A stretch of 64,000 bases of DNA, from NCBI GenBank assembly GCA_944320495.1, contig CALUHR010000013.1, positions 448,001 to 512,000 on the forward strand, given 5' to 3'. The DNA is from Candidatus Methanomethylophilaceae archaeon. GTDB lineage: Archaea > Thermoplasmatota > Thermoplasmata > Methanomassiliicoccales > Methanomethylophilaceae. Shown here piece by piece: positions 20,403-30,333 of the stretch (within the stretch, counting starts at the first letter, position 1; every line of letters begins with the position of its first letter). Both the position numbers and the translations under genes were made by a program. The notes below the pieces were generated by a model that saw nothing but the letters and a program-made list of their open reading frames with translations, was not told the origin of the DNA and ran no database searches.

Positions 20403-20927
20403 TTGGACGCCAAGGGAGCGGCCGAGGCCGCGCTGTTCGCCAGTCCGGAGAACCTGAGGATCTCCGACATAGCGGAGCGCACGGGGTTCCCGGAGGAGGA
20501 GATCCGCACCGCGCTGATGGACCTCCGCAGGGAGTACGAGGAGCGCGATTCAGCCATAGTCATAGCCAAGATAGGCTCCGAGTACGGCATGATGCTCCGC
20601 GCGGAGTACTCCGACTTCCCCGGCATGTTCGGGAAGGCGGAGATGTCCGGAGGGCTGATGAGGACCCTCAGCACCATCGCATACAACCAGCCCGTGCTGC
20701 AGTCGGAGCTCGTGAGGACCAGGGGTCCCCGCGGGTACGACGACGTCCACAGGCTGATTGAGATGGGATTCGTCTCGGGGAAGAAGAGCGGGCAGACGCT
20801 GGAGCTGACGACGACCAAGAAGTTCTCGGACTACTTTGGCATCGGCTCCACCCGCAAGGCGGACATCCGCAAGTGGATCGAGTCCCAGGCGTCCAACTCC
20901 CGCATGCCCGAAGACGGCCAGGAATGA
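20403..20927 (+). CDS. scpB: segregation/condensation protein B
   Basis: AAEAALFAS, TLSTIAYNQPV and TTKKFSDYFG motifs; TTG start. Confidence 0.93.
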   Translation: MDAKGAAEAALFASPENLRISDIAERTGFPEEEIRTALMDLRREYEERDSAIVIAKIGSEYGMMLRAEYSDFPGMFGKAEMSGGLMRTLSTIAYNQPVLQSELVRTRGPRGYDDVHRLIEMGFVSGKKSGQTLELTTTKKFSDYFGIGSTRKADIRKWIESQASNSRMPEDGQE

Positions 20928-21092
20928 CAGATTGCGTATAAGCATTCGTCTCACACAATCATTTTGTGCAATCGGGTGTCGAAAGGCATCCGATTGCATA
21001 CATATTGCATAAGGACAATTCCATATCGCTATCTATCCCGTCTGGACTACATATCCCTAAAGAAAATCCTTATATGGGTTCACGAGGGTGAG

Positions 21093-21176
21093 ATGAGCAT
21101 CATGACGGTGCCCTCTGCCGACGTAGATGCCGCTCCGAGTGCCAGTGCAGTCCATCGGGACCTGGAGGACTGCCGA
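21093..21176 (+). CDS. possible 27-aa leader peptide ending in CGA that overlaps the permease ATG
   Basis: TATA-like CTTATAT near 21070, GGGTGAG before the ATG at 21093, and a CGATG junction at 21174-21178. It could instead be an untranslated leader. Confidence 0.3.
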
Positions 21177-22822
21177 TGTCCCTCCTGAAGAAGATAGATG
21201 AGATATCCGGCAGCTACAAGGCGAGGAACGCCTGGCTGACGTTCGCCATAGTTCTCTTCATAGCGATCATCGTCATCCCCGCGATATTCGTAGTCACCAA
21301 GCTCTTCACGGAGTGGGACCTGGTCAGCGGGGTCCTGAACGATCCCGCGAGCATGGAGGTAATCGAGGGCGCGGTGTGGAACTCGTTCAGCATAGCGGCC
21401 ATAGTCACGGTCATCGACATCCTCGTGGGACTGCCGATGGCGTGGATCATGGTCCGCAGGGATTTCAAGGGCAAGAAATGGCTCGACACCCTGCTGGACA
21501 TGCCCCTGGCGTTCCCGACCGCCGTCCTCGGAATCTCGGTGGTCATGTTCTGGGGCGCCCCCGAGGGCATCACGATCCCGGGGCTGGGGCTGGACCTGTC
21601 ACCGTACGTGATGCTCCTGTTCCTCCACATCATATTCACCTATCCGTACATGGTCCGCTCCCTGTCCGGAATCCTGGAGCAGATCGACGTCAACTACGAG
21701 ACCGCGGCCATGACCCTCGGCGCTTCGAAATGGACCGCCGTGAGGACCATCACGATCCCCCTGTTCCGCGCCGGTCTCGCCACCGGGTTCATCCTGTGCT
21801 TCGCCAGGTCCCTGTCGGAGACCGGGGGCACATACATCGCCCTGACCATGATGGGCGTCGAGAGCACCTTCTTCACCGGGCCGTCGTTCATCAGCTGGCT
21901 GAAGTCCGACCCGACCATGGTCGACTCCGGGGACTACATGGGCGCCATGATCCTGATCAGCGTAGTCATGATCGTCCTGGCCCTGATCCTCCTCGTGGTG
22001 GTGAAGTGGATCATCGCGAGGTTCAGGATCCCCTGGAAGAAGGTCTGGCCGGAGATCGGCAGGAGCGTCAGCCGCGGCCCCCTCCCGAAGGTCAAGGACG
22101 TCATCACAGTCGTGTTCCTGATTATCGTGGTCCTGCTGCCCTCTTTCTACATATTCGCGTATCTGACGGAGCCGATCCCCGACATAGACTACGGGACGCT
22201 CCTGTCGTCCACCGGGGTGTCGTTCCTGGTTGCGGGCGTGGCCGTCCTCGTCGACCTCATCCTGGGCATCCCGCTGTCGCTCTACATCGCCAGGCACAAG
22301 GGCGGGAAGCTCGCCGGCATCCTGGACGGGCTGGTCAACGTCCCCCTGATCATCCCGACCACCGCGCTTGGATTCTCCCTGGCGCTGTTCTGGGCCAGCT
22401 TCGGTGCTGGGGACTCGATGGCCATCGTGCTGGTCATCCTCGGTCACATCTCGTTCACGTATCCGCTCGTGGTGAGGAACCTGGTGGGCGCGATAGAGGA
22501 GGTCAACCCGGAGTGCGAGGAGATCGCCATGACCCTCGGCGCCAAGCCCTTCCGCGCGTTCAGGACAATCCTCATGCCGATCATCAAGTCGTCCGTCGTC
22601 GCCGGATGCATCCTGGCGTTCACCAGGTCCCTGGGCGAGACGGGCGCGACCATCGCCATCAGCGACAGCGTCAGCACGGTCCCGATCTACATCACCAACC
22701 TGGTCCAGGACCACATGTACACCGAGGCGGCGATGTGCTCCATCGTCCTGATCGCCATCTGCTTCGTGCTGATGATGGTCGTCAGGATGCTAACACACAG
22801 GAGGCAGGGTAGGGATGCCTGA
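21176..22822 (+). CDS. ABC transporter permease with two fused TM domains (ModB/WtpB/CysT-like)
   Basis: Two EAA-type loops (YETAAMTLGA and CEEIAMTLGA), each followed by ARSLSETG or TRSLGETG. Confidence 0.9.
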   Translation: MSLLKKIDEISGSYKARNAWLTFAIVLFIAIIVIPAIFVVTKLFTEWDLVSGVLNDPASMEVIEGAVWNSFSIAAIVTVIDILVGLPMAWIMVRRDFKGKKWLDTLLDMPLAFPTAVLGISVVMFWGAPEGITIPGLGLDLSPYVMLLFLHIIFTYPYMVRSLSGILEQIDVNYETAAMTLGASKWTAVRTITIPLFRAGLATGFILCFARSLSETGGTYIALTMMGVESTFFTGPSFISWLKSDPTMVDSGDYMGAMILISVVMIVLALILLVVVKWIIARFRIPWKKVWPEIGRSVSRGPLPKVKDVITVVFLIIVVLLPSFYIFAYLTEPIPDIDYGTLLSSTGVSFLVAGVAVLVDLILGIPLSLYIARHKGGKLAGILDGLVNVPLIIPTTALGFSLALFWASFGAGDSMAIVLVILGHISFTYPLVVRNLVGAIEEVNPECEEIAMTLGAKPFRAFRTILMPIIKSSVVAGCILAFTRSLGETGATIAISDSVSTVPIYITNLVQDHMYTEAAMCSIVLIAICFVLMMVVRMLTHRRQGRDA

Positions 22823-23915
22823 GATTGTTCTGGACGACCTCTGCAAGGACTTCGACGGCCATGTCGCAGCCGACCATCTGAGCCTGACCATAGGCGATGG
22901 GGAGTACGTCTGCATCCTGGGTCCCACCGGGGCCGGGAAGACCACCGCCATGAGGATGATCTGCGGTCTCACGATCCCCGATTCCGGGAGGGTGCTCCTG
23001 GACGGGAGGGACGTGACCATGGATTCGCCGGACTCCAGGAACGCCACCATGCTCACGCAGACCTACGCGCTATTCCCGCACATGACGGTCTACAACAACG
23101 TCATGTTCGCCCCCAAGACCAAGGGGTGGCCGGAGGGCGAGTCGAAGCAGATCGTCAGGAGCATGCTGCACCTGGTGCATCTCGACCAGAAGGCGGACTG
23201 GGTCCCCGGGGAGCTATCCGGCGGCCAGCAGCAGCGCATTGCCCTCGCCCGCGCCCTCGCATCCGGGTCGAAGATCCTCCTGCTGGACGAGCCGCTCAGG
23301 GCGCTGGACGCGCGCCTGAGGATCGACCTGAGGAAGGAGCTCAGGTCCCTGGCCAAGGAGATGGGGCTCACGTGCATCCACGTCACCCACGACCAGGATG
23401 AGGCCCTGGAGATGGCCGACCGCATCGCCGTCATCCGCAAGGGCAGGATCATACAGTTCGGGACCCCCCGCGAGGTCTTCGAGAACCCGGCCACGCCGTT
23501 CGTGGCCAACTTCGTGGGCAGGTCCAACATATTCTCCGGCAAGGTCGTCGGAGCCGGCGACGGCAGGGTGTCCGTGGACGTCGGCGGGATCGTCCTGACC
23601 GGGAGGGGGGACGGGATGGAGCCCGGCTCCGAGGCGGTTCTCGCCGTCAAGGTCGGGTTCACCAGGCTCTCGGCGCCCGGGGAGGGGCCGGAAGGTTCCG
23701 TGAAGGGCATAGTGGAGCGCATCGTGTACGAGGGGGCCACCGTGACCGTGGAGGTCTCCGCCGGGTCGTTGGGCCTGGTTTCGTCCAAGCTGCCGAGCGC
23801 GAGGTTCGAGGAGTTCAGCGTCGGAGCCGCGGTCGATGTATCGTGGCCGGCCGACAAGGCGACGGTGTTCCAGATGCCCGCCGGCGGGCTCGAAGAGGAG
23901 ATGAGGTTGGACCGA
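22815..23915 (+). CDS. ABC transporter ATP-binding protein (PotA/CysA-like with TOBE domain)
   Basis: GPTGAGKT, LSGGQQQR and LLLDEP motifs. Ends ...EEEMRLD then CGA 23913-23915, overlapping the next ATG (standard stop at 24011). Confidence 0.92.
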
Positions 23916-25000
23916 TGGCAAGGATCAAGTTGGACAGGATCTCCATGCGCTTCGGCGATTTCTACGCCGTCAGGGACATATCGCTCGAGATCGGGAACGG
24001 CGAGTACGTGACCATCCTCGGACCGTCCGGTTGCGGCAAGACCACGCTCATCAAGGTCATATCGGGGATCTGGACCCCGACCGAGGGGAAGGTCTACGTG
24101 GATGGCAGGGACGTCACGAACATCCCCATGGAGGACAGGGACGTCGGATACGTGTTCCAGAACATCGCACTGTTCCCGCACATGAACCTGAGGGACAACG
24201 TCGAGTACAGTCCCAGGGTGAAGGACCAGGGCGACGAGAGGATGGCCGAGCTGTCAGAGGAGTACCTCAAGCTCGTGGGCATGTTCCAGAGGGCCGGGAT
24301 GCTCCCGTCGGAGCTCTCCGGAGGGGAGCAGCAGAAGGTCGCCATCGCCCGCGCGCTGGCATCCGGTTCCAAGATGCTGATGCTCGACGAGCCGCTGTCC
24401 GCTCTGGACGCTCGCGTCCGCGTCGAGCTGAGGTACGAGCTCCGCAGGATCGTCAAGAAGCTCGGGATAACCGTTCTCCACGTCACGCACGACCAGGAGG
24501 AGGCCATGTCGGTCTCCGACCGCATCGTGCTCATGCGCTACGGCGCCATCGCCGAGTCCGGTGCGCCCCTGGACATATACCGCCGTCCGAAGTCCGTCTT
24601 CGCGGCCAACTTCATCGGGGAGACCAACCTCTTCGAGTGCACCGTCTCCGATTGGTCCAAGAGCGGGAAGACCAGGGTCACCATGCGCGGTGGCCGCGAG
24701 ATCCGCGTGTCCCGCACGGACTTCCGTCCCGGGGACGCCGTCGTAGTGTCCGTGAGGCCGGAGCATGTGCGTCCGGACGAGGACGGGATCGAGGCGAAGG
24801 TGCGCTCCGTGTCCTTCAGAGGGGTCTACTGGAGGGTGAGGACCATGGCCGAGAGCAGTGACTATATTGAGTACGACGTACCTGCAGACGGTGAGGTCCC
24901 CGAGGTGGGAGACACCGTGCGCCTGTCCTTCGACAGGAACGCATCCGTCGTGTTCCCCAGACCCGAGGGCGGAATAGAGGAGGAGATCAGACTTGAGTAA
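23915..25000 (+). CDS. ABC transporter ATP-binding protein (paralog)
   Basis: GPSGCGKT, LSGGEQQK and MLDEP motifs. Ends ...EEEIRLE then TAA. Confidence 0.93.
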   Translation: MARIKLDRISMRFGDFYAVRDISLEIGNGEYVTILGPSGCGKTTLIKVISGIWTPTEGKVYVDGRDVTNIPMEDRDVGYVFQNIALFPHMNLRDNVEYSPRVKDQGDERMAELSEEYLKLVGMFQRAGMLPSELSGGEQQKVAIARALASGSKMLMLDEPLSALDARVRVELRYELRRIVKKLGITVLHVTHDQEEAMSVSDRIVLMRYGAIAESGAPLDIYRRPKSVFAANFIGETNLFECTVSDWSKSGKTRVTMRGGREIRVSRTDFRPGDAVVVSVRPEHVRPDEDGIEAKVRSVSFRGVYWRVRTMAESSDYIEYDVPADGEVPEVGDTVRLSFDRNASVVFPRPEGGIEEEIRLE

Positions 25001-25673
25001 GGATCAATCCGGCCTGCTTGGATGGTTCGGGAAGAGGAAGGAGGGCGTCGTCGGAGACGGTCTCCGCGCCATGTCCCTCTCCGTCCGCGACTGCGTAACC
25101 GAACTTGGCCTGGCACTGCGCGCCATGGGCGAGGAGGACTCCTCCGCCGCCAAGAAGGCCATCGAGAGGCTGTTCAAGTGCGAGCACGAGGCCGACGCCC
25201 AGGAGGACGAGCTCTGCAACCAGATAAGCATAGGCGAGCTCGGCGCCCAGGAGCGCGAGGACCTCATGCACTTCATCCGCAAGACGGACAAGATCGCCAA
25301 CTGGAGCAAGGAGGCCGCCATCGGCGTCTCCCTGGTCGACGAGCTGGGCATGAAGGTGCCCAAGGGCATCTGGGACATGCTCGCGCAGTCCGTGTCCGAC
25401 CTGGAGTCGGAGGTCCGCGGCCTCGCCAATTCGATAGAGATGATGGGGTCCGAGGGATCCGACATCATGGAGTGCGTCCGCGGCATCAGGGAGATGGAGA
25501 GGACGCTCGACCGCGCCTACTACGAGATGACGAAGACCATCTTCCGCGCGGACATCGATCCCAAGGCGGTCATCATGCTGCTGAGGATAGTGGACGCCAT
25601 CGAGATGGCGGCGGACACCTGCAAGGCCTGCTCCGACACCGTCGCGATCCTCCACTACGCCAAGAGGGTGTGA
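24993..25673 (+). CDS. DUF47/PhoU-like phosphate transport regulator
   Basis: EHEADAQEDEL, REDLMHFIRKTDKIAN and IEMAADTC motifs. Confidence 0.8.
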   Translation: MSKDQSGLLGWFGKRKEGVVGDGLRAMSLSVRDCVTELGLALRAMGEEDSSAAKKAIERLFKCEHEADAQEDELCNQISIGELGAQEREDLMHFIRKTDKIANWSKEAAIGVSLVDELGMKVPKGIWDMLAQSVSDLESEVRGLANSIEMMGSEGSDIMECVRGIREMERTLDRAYYEMTKTIFRADIDPKAVIMLLRIVDAIEMAADTCKACSDTVAILHYAKRV

Positions 25674-27058
25674 GCCTGACCCTCTTCGGGCCCGGCGGCG
25701 TCAGGGCCGTCGTCAACAGCGACCTGACGCCGGAGGTGGCGCTGGATCTGGGACGCGCCGTGGGGAGGACCCTCGGCGGCACGGTGGCCCTCGCCACCGA
25801 CGCAAGGGACTCCGCCCGCATGGTCAGGTCGGCCATGGTCGCCGGCATGATGGCCGTCGGGGCGGACGTCGTGGATCTCGGCATGATCCCCACGCCGGCG
25901 CTGCAGTTCTACGTCCGCGAGCATCCGGGGATATCCGGAGGCGTCATGGTGACGGCCTCCCACAACCCTCCCGAGTATAACGGTATGAAGCTGATACTCG
26001 GTGACGGCACGGAGGCCACCACCGAGGACGAGGCCGAGCTGGGCACATCCTACGCAATGGAGGCCCGCGATGCCGATTGGGACAGGGTCGGGCGCATCCG
26101 CACCGAGGAGGGCGCGATATCCGATTACATAGACGCGATAGTCTCCAAGGTCGATGCTGAGGCCATCCGTTCCGCCGGTCTGACCGTTTGCGTCGATTGC
26201 GCGTGCGGTGCGGCCAGCTTCTCGACGCCGCTGCTCCTCAAGAGGCTCGGCGTCTCCACGGTGACGATAGGCTGCGACCCCGTGGCGTCCCCTCACAGGG
26301 ACAGCGACCCGACGGAGGAGAACCTCACGACCCTCATGGGTCTGGTAAGGTCCTCCGGCGCCGACATGGGCATCGCCCACGACGGTGACGGGGGCCGCGC
26401 AGTGTTCATCGACGGGACTGGGAGGTTCCTCAACGGATCAGTCTCCGGGGCCATAGTCGCAAGGAGCATCCTGGCCGAGGGCAAGGGCAAGGTCGTGACC
26501 CCGATAAGCTCGTCAAAGGTCCTGGAGGACGTGGTGACCGAGGCAGGAGGGCTGGTGAAGTACACCGAGGTCCTCTCGCACCAGGTCGTCCGTAAGATGC
26601 AGGAGAACCTCGCGGTGTTCGGGGTCGAGGAGCACGGGGGCATGGTGTTCCCCCAGATGCAGATGTGCAGGGACGGCGCCATGGCGCTCGCCAAGATGCT
26701 GGAGATCATCGCCAAGAACGGTCCGCTGGCCGACATGGTGTCGCAGCTCCCGTCGTACAGCACGAGGAAGGTCAAGGTCCCCTGTCCGGAGGGGCTCAAG
26801 GTGCCCGTGATGGACAGGCTTCACAGGGATGTGGAGGCCGCGGGGTCCCGCATGGACGTGACCGACGGCATCAAGATAATCCTGAACGACGGATGGGCGC
26901 TGATCCGCGCCTCTACGACGGAGCCCTGCATCAGGGTGTACTCGGAATCGATGGACGCCGGTACCGCCGACAGGATACTGTCGGAGTACTCCAGGATGGT
27001 CAAGGACCTGGTTCGCGGGCTCACAGATGCTTCGCGTGCACAGCCAGAGCCTCGTTGA
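25670..27058 (+). CDS. phosphoglucomutase/phosphomannomutase/phosphoglucosamine mutase family protein
   Basis: LFGPGGVR, VTASHNPPEYNG phosphoserine loop, AHDGDGGR and IRASTTEP motifs; GTG start overlaps the previous TGA. Confidence 0.93.
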   Translation: MSLTLFGPGGVRAVVNSDLTPEVALDLGRAVGRTLGGTVALATDARDSARMVRSAMVAGMMAVGADVVDLGMIPTPALQFYVREHPGISGGVMVTASHNPPEYNGMKLILGDGTEATTEDEAELGTSYAMEARDADWDRVGRIRTEEGAISDYIDAIVSKVDAEAIRSAGLTVCVDCACGAASFSTPLLLKRLGVSTVTIGCDPVASPHRDSDPTEENLTTLMGLVRSSGADMGIAHDGDGGRAVFIDGTGRFLNGSVSGAIVARSILAEGKGKVVTPISSSKVLEDVVTEAGGLVKYTEVLSHQVVRKMQENLAVFGVEEHGGMVFPQMQMCRDGAMALAKMLEIIAKNGPLADMVSQLPSYSTRKVKVPCPEGLKVPVMDRLHRDVEAAGSRMDVTDGIKIILNDGWALIRASTTEPCIRVYSESMDAGTADRILSEYSRMVKDLVRGLTDASRAQPEPR

Positions 27059-27878
27059 TGAGCCTGGCCGCCAGGATCGAGGTTATGCCGGAGGGGTCGG
27101 CCGGAGGGCAGACCTCGTTGACGTCGAATCCCACGAGCCTCTCGCCGATGATGTTGATGACCTTCTTCACATCCATCGGCATGAGGCCGAACGGTTCGGG
27201 TGTGCCGGTCCCGGGTGCGAACGCGGGGTCGATCCCGTCTATGTCCACGGTGAGGTAGACCTTCTCGGCCTTGACCTCGTCGAGGGCCTTGCCGATGGCC
27301 TTCTCGATCCCCATGTCCATGATGTCGTAGGAACTGATGAACGGGACGACGTCGTCCCTGTCGAGCTCCTCCTCGCCGATGGCTCTGGCTCCGAGGACGT
27401 AGACGTTGTCCAGTCCCAGGTGCTCCGCGGCGCGCCTCATGACGCAGGCGTGGCTGTTCGGGGTCCCGAGGTACTCGCCCCTCGAATCGAGGTGGGCGTC
27501 TATCGAGATGAGCGCGATGCTTTTCTCGGGGAAGGCGCGGACGATCGGGATGTTGATGGAGTGCTCCCCTCCGATGGCCACCGTGAACTTCCCGTCGTTG
27601 ATGGCGGGACGGACGGCGAAGTCCACCTCGGCGAACATGTCCTCGGGAAGGATGAAGTCGTCGCAGTTCCCGTAGTCGTACACCTCGAGACGTCTCTGGT
27701 GGATCCCGTGCTCGAAGTGTATCTCCTCAAAATTGTAGGAGGCCCGCCGGATGGCGGTCGGGGCCTCCCTGGCACCCGCCTTGAAACAGGCGGTGTGGTC
27801 GTACGGGATGCCGAATATCACGGCCTCCGCGTCGTTGTATTCTGATTCGGCGCCGGCGTAGGCAAGCCCGTACGACAT
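27021..27878 (-). CDS. speB: agmatinase
   Basis: GGEHSI, DAHLD and TVDIDGIDPAFAPGTGTPEP motifs. Confidence 0.95.
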   Translation of the reverse strand: MSYGLAYAGAESEYNDAEAVIFGIPYDHTACFKAGAREAPTAIRRASYNFEEIHFEHGIHQRRLEVYDYGNCDDFILPEDMFAEVDFAVRPAINDGKFTVAIGGEHSINIPIVRAFPEKSIALISIDAHLDSRGEYLGTPNSHACVMRRAAEHLGLDNVYVLGARAIGEEELDRDDVVPFISSYDIMDMGIEKAIGKALDEVKAEKVYLTVDIDGIDPAFAPGTGTPEPFGLMPMDVKKVINIIGERLVGFDVNEVCPPADPSGITSILAARLINEALAVHAKHL

Positions 27879-27888
27879 TGGTTTCACC

Positions 27889-28266
27889 TCACATTATCTT
27901 GTATCTGCCCATGGCCTCGAGGTAGAGGATCTCTCCGCCCTCGGCGAGGGGCTGCTCGTGGTCGGCGTTGATGGGGATAGAGATCTGCTCGAAGGTCTCC
28001 ATGTCCATGATGAGGGCCTCCTCATCGCTGAGGGTCAGGATCTGTCCCTTCCTCTTGTCGATGACGGGCACCTGGACCTTGGTGCTCACGGGTCCGACGA
28101 TGGACTTCTTAGCGCCGGTGAAGATGCTGACCGCGTCAACGTTGGCTTTGGCGGATCCGTGCTTTCCGGGCTTGGAGGTCGTGATCTTGATGATCTTGCA
28201 GGGCTCGTCGTCGACGTTGACGTACCTGCCCTCTTTCAGCTCCCTGATCTCTTTCATCTCCCACAT
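27889..28266 (-). CDS. eif5a: translation initiation factor aIF-5A
   Basis: TSKPGKHGSAK hypusine motif. Confidence 0.97.
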   Translation of the reverse strand: MWEMKEIRELKEGRYVNVDDEPCKIIKITTSKPGKHGSAKANVDAVSIFTGAKKSIVGPVSTKVQVPVIDKRKGQILTLSDEEALIMDMETFEQISIPINADHEQPLAEGGEILYLEAMGRYKIM

Positions 28267-28629
28267 TTGGACTCACTCTCTCATATTGATGAATGGCTCC
28301 GCGCCCATCAAGGCCGGAGGTTCACCCCCGTGAAGGAGGCGTCGATACGCATGTTCTTTGCAATCATGCTATCTGGACCACCCCTACGGGAGTATCTGGA
28401 TATTAAGATTACTGGGAAAACGGAATCTGGCACTCGTCTGGTGCCGGCATGTGTGGATCAGGTCCGGCGGATAGTTCGTCAGCGTCCCGCAGGGGTCTCC
28501 GGTCGGCGACGGCGGTGAGCACCACCGATGTGATCAGGTACGTGATTAGACCGGCGCCCGGGGATGTCCGCGCGGAGCCTTCCGGCTCCGTACGCGGTCA
28601 CGAGCCCGGGGTCGCGGTGGCGAAGCCGA

Positions 28630-29730
28630 TCGCCGCCTGCGCGGTCCGCCCTTGCCCTTGCCGCCCCTGTTCCTGGGCTTCCCCGACTTCTGCTTCTGGG
28701 GCTTCTTCGGCGGGTCGGGGTACCTCCTGCGGATGTCCTCCACCCTGGCCCTGAACTCCTCGTTCAGGCGGTCCCCGGCGAACTCGCCGTGGTACTCGTC
28801 GATCTTCGCCGCGATCAGGACCTTGCCGGCCAGCGCCCTGGCGACCTTCCCGCGCTGCCAATAGGGCGAGCGGTGGACCTCCGGGTGCTGGTAGATTATG
28901 CCGTGCTTGGGCCCCCTCTTGCCGGAGCGCATGCTCCTGAACATGGCCTTCTCGGCCCCGAGGAGCTGCACGGTGGAAGACGGGAGGGAGGCGAGCCTCT
29001 CCAGCCCTCCGGCGAGGGACACCAGCCTCGCGGCCAGCGGTCCTCCGAGCATGGCGCACATGTTGGGGCACGACTCCTCGACGATCCCCTGGATGTAGGC
29101 CTGGGTCCTGAGCTCGTCGTCGTAGAGGCGGTCGAGGGTGTCCGCCAGGTCCATGACCGCGCGGAGGTCCTCGTCATCCATGTCGGACCCGATGGACTCG
29201 ATGTCTATGCCGAGCTCCCCCATCACGGAGTCCCTGTCGCCGTATCTGGCGACGAGCTCGGCGTACCTCCTGTCGTGGGCGTAGTCCGCGAGCTCCGGGA
29301 AGTGCATCCCGTACCACTCGTGCAGCCTCTCGTTGTACAGGTTGATCGTCGCGATCTGGTCGTCCAGGCATCTGATGGCCTGGGCCATGCTGCGGTCCCT
29401 GGCTATGGGCTCGGAGGTCCTGAGCCTGCCGAGTCCCAGCATGACCTCGTGCATGAACGCGTCGTCGTATCCGTAGTCGGCGGCATGGATGAACGAGGAG
29501 TCGAACATCATGGGCTTCCCGAGCTCGGACTGCCTGCGCTCGGATACGGAGGGCTTCTCGATTCCGGCGACGAGCTCGCGCTCCTCGTCGAGCACGCCCC
29601 CGCGCTGCATCTCCGCCAGCTTCTGCGCCGCGGCCTCGGCGTCCTTGGGCATCAGCCTCTTGTCGAGGATCCTCCCGGACTTCTCGTCCACGAGGAAGCA
29701 CCCGAACCATTTCGTCACGAGCACCGCCAT
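28630..29730 (-). CDS. nop5: C/D box sRNP protein Nop5
   Basis: LHEWYGMHFPEL, LPSSTVQLLGAEKA and PKHGIIYQHP motifs with a Lys/Arg tail. Ends at CGA 28632-28630 (standard stop at 28546). Confidence 0.93.
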
Positions 29731-30332
29731 CGCATCACCCCCAGCTTCGCGAGCTCGGAGTCCGGGAGGTCCTCAGCATCGCCGCAGAGCAGCTGCAGGC
29801 GGGCCTGGAACTCCAGCTCCTCCATCCTGTCGAAGGCCTCCTCCAGGGTGGTCCCCTGCGTGAGGGCGCCGTGGCGGACCATGAGCATGGCCTTCGCGTC
29901 GGCGTGCTCGGCCACGGCGTCCACGAGCTCCTGGGTGCCCGGGGTCACGTACGGGACCTCCGCGACCCTCCCCAGGAGGAGCGCCCCTTCTGGGGTGAGG
30001 TTGCATCTGAGCCTCTCGCCCCGGACGGTGATCGCGATGCAGTTGAGCGGGTGGCAGTGGACCACCGCGTTCGTTCCGGGGTTGGCGCGGTACAGTGCCA
30101 GATGGAAGCCCGTCTCGATCGACGGCCTCCCTCCTGACACGACGGTGCCGTCCATGGAGACCTTCACCAGGTCCTCGGGGGACAGCAGGCTCTTGTTCCT
30201 GCCGGACGGCGTGATCAGGATGCCGTCGTCGATCCTGACGCTCATGTTCCCGCCGGCCGACACGGTGAGGTCCCTGTCGTACAGCATCCTGCAGGTCGCG
30301 ACCAGCGCCCCGCGAGCCTCCGCCTCGTCCAT
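29730..30332 (-). CDS. class II aldolase/adducin family protein (MtnB/Ald2-like)
   Basis: GGNMSVR, PSIETGFH, VVHCHP and LMVRHG motifs. Ends at CGA 29732-29730 overlapping the nop5 ATG. Confidence 0.9.
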
Positions 30333-30333
30333 G

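Noticed and set aside
27021-27058. Convergent overlaps phosphomutase/speB (38 nt) and transglutaminase-like/MBL (45286-45334)
   Set aside because: No in-frame CGA explains them. They are short ordinary convergent overlaps and count neither for nor against the CGA hypothesis.
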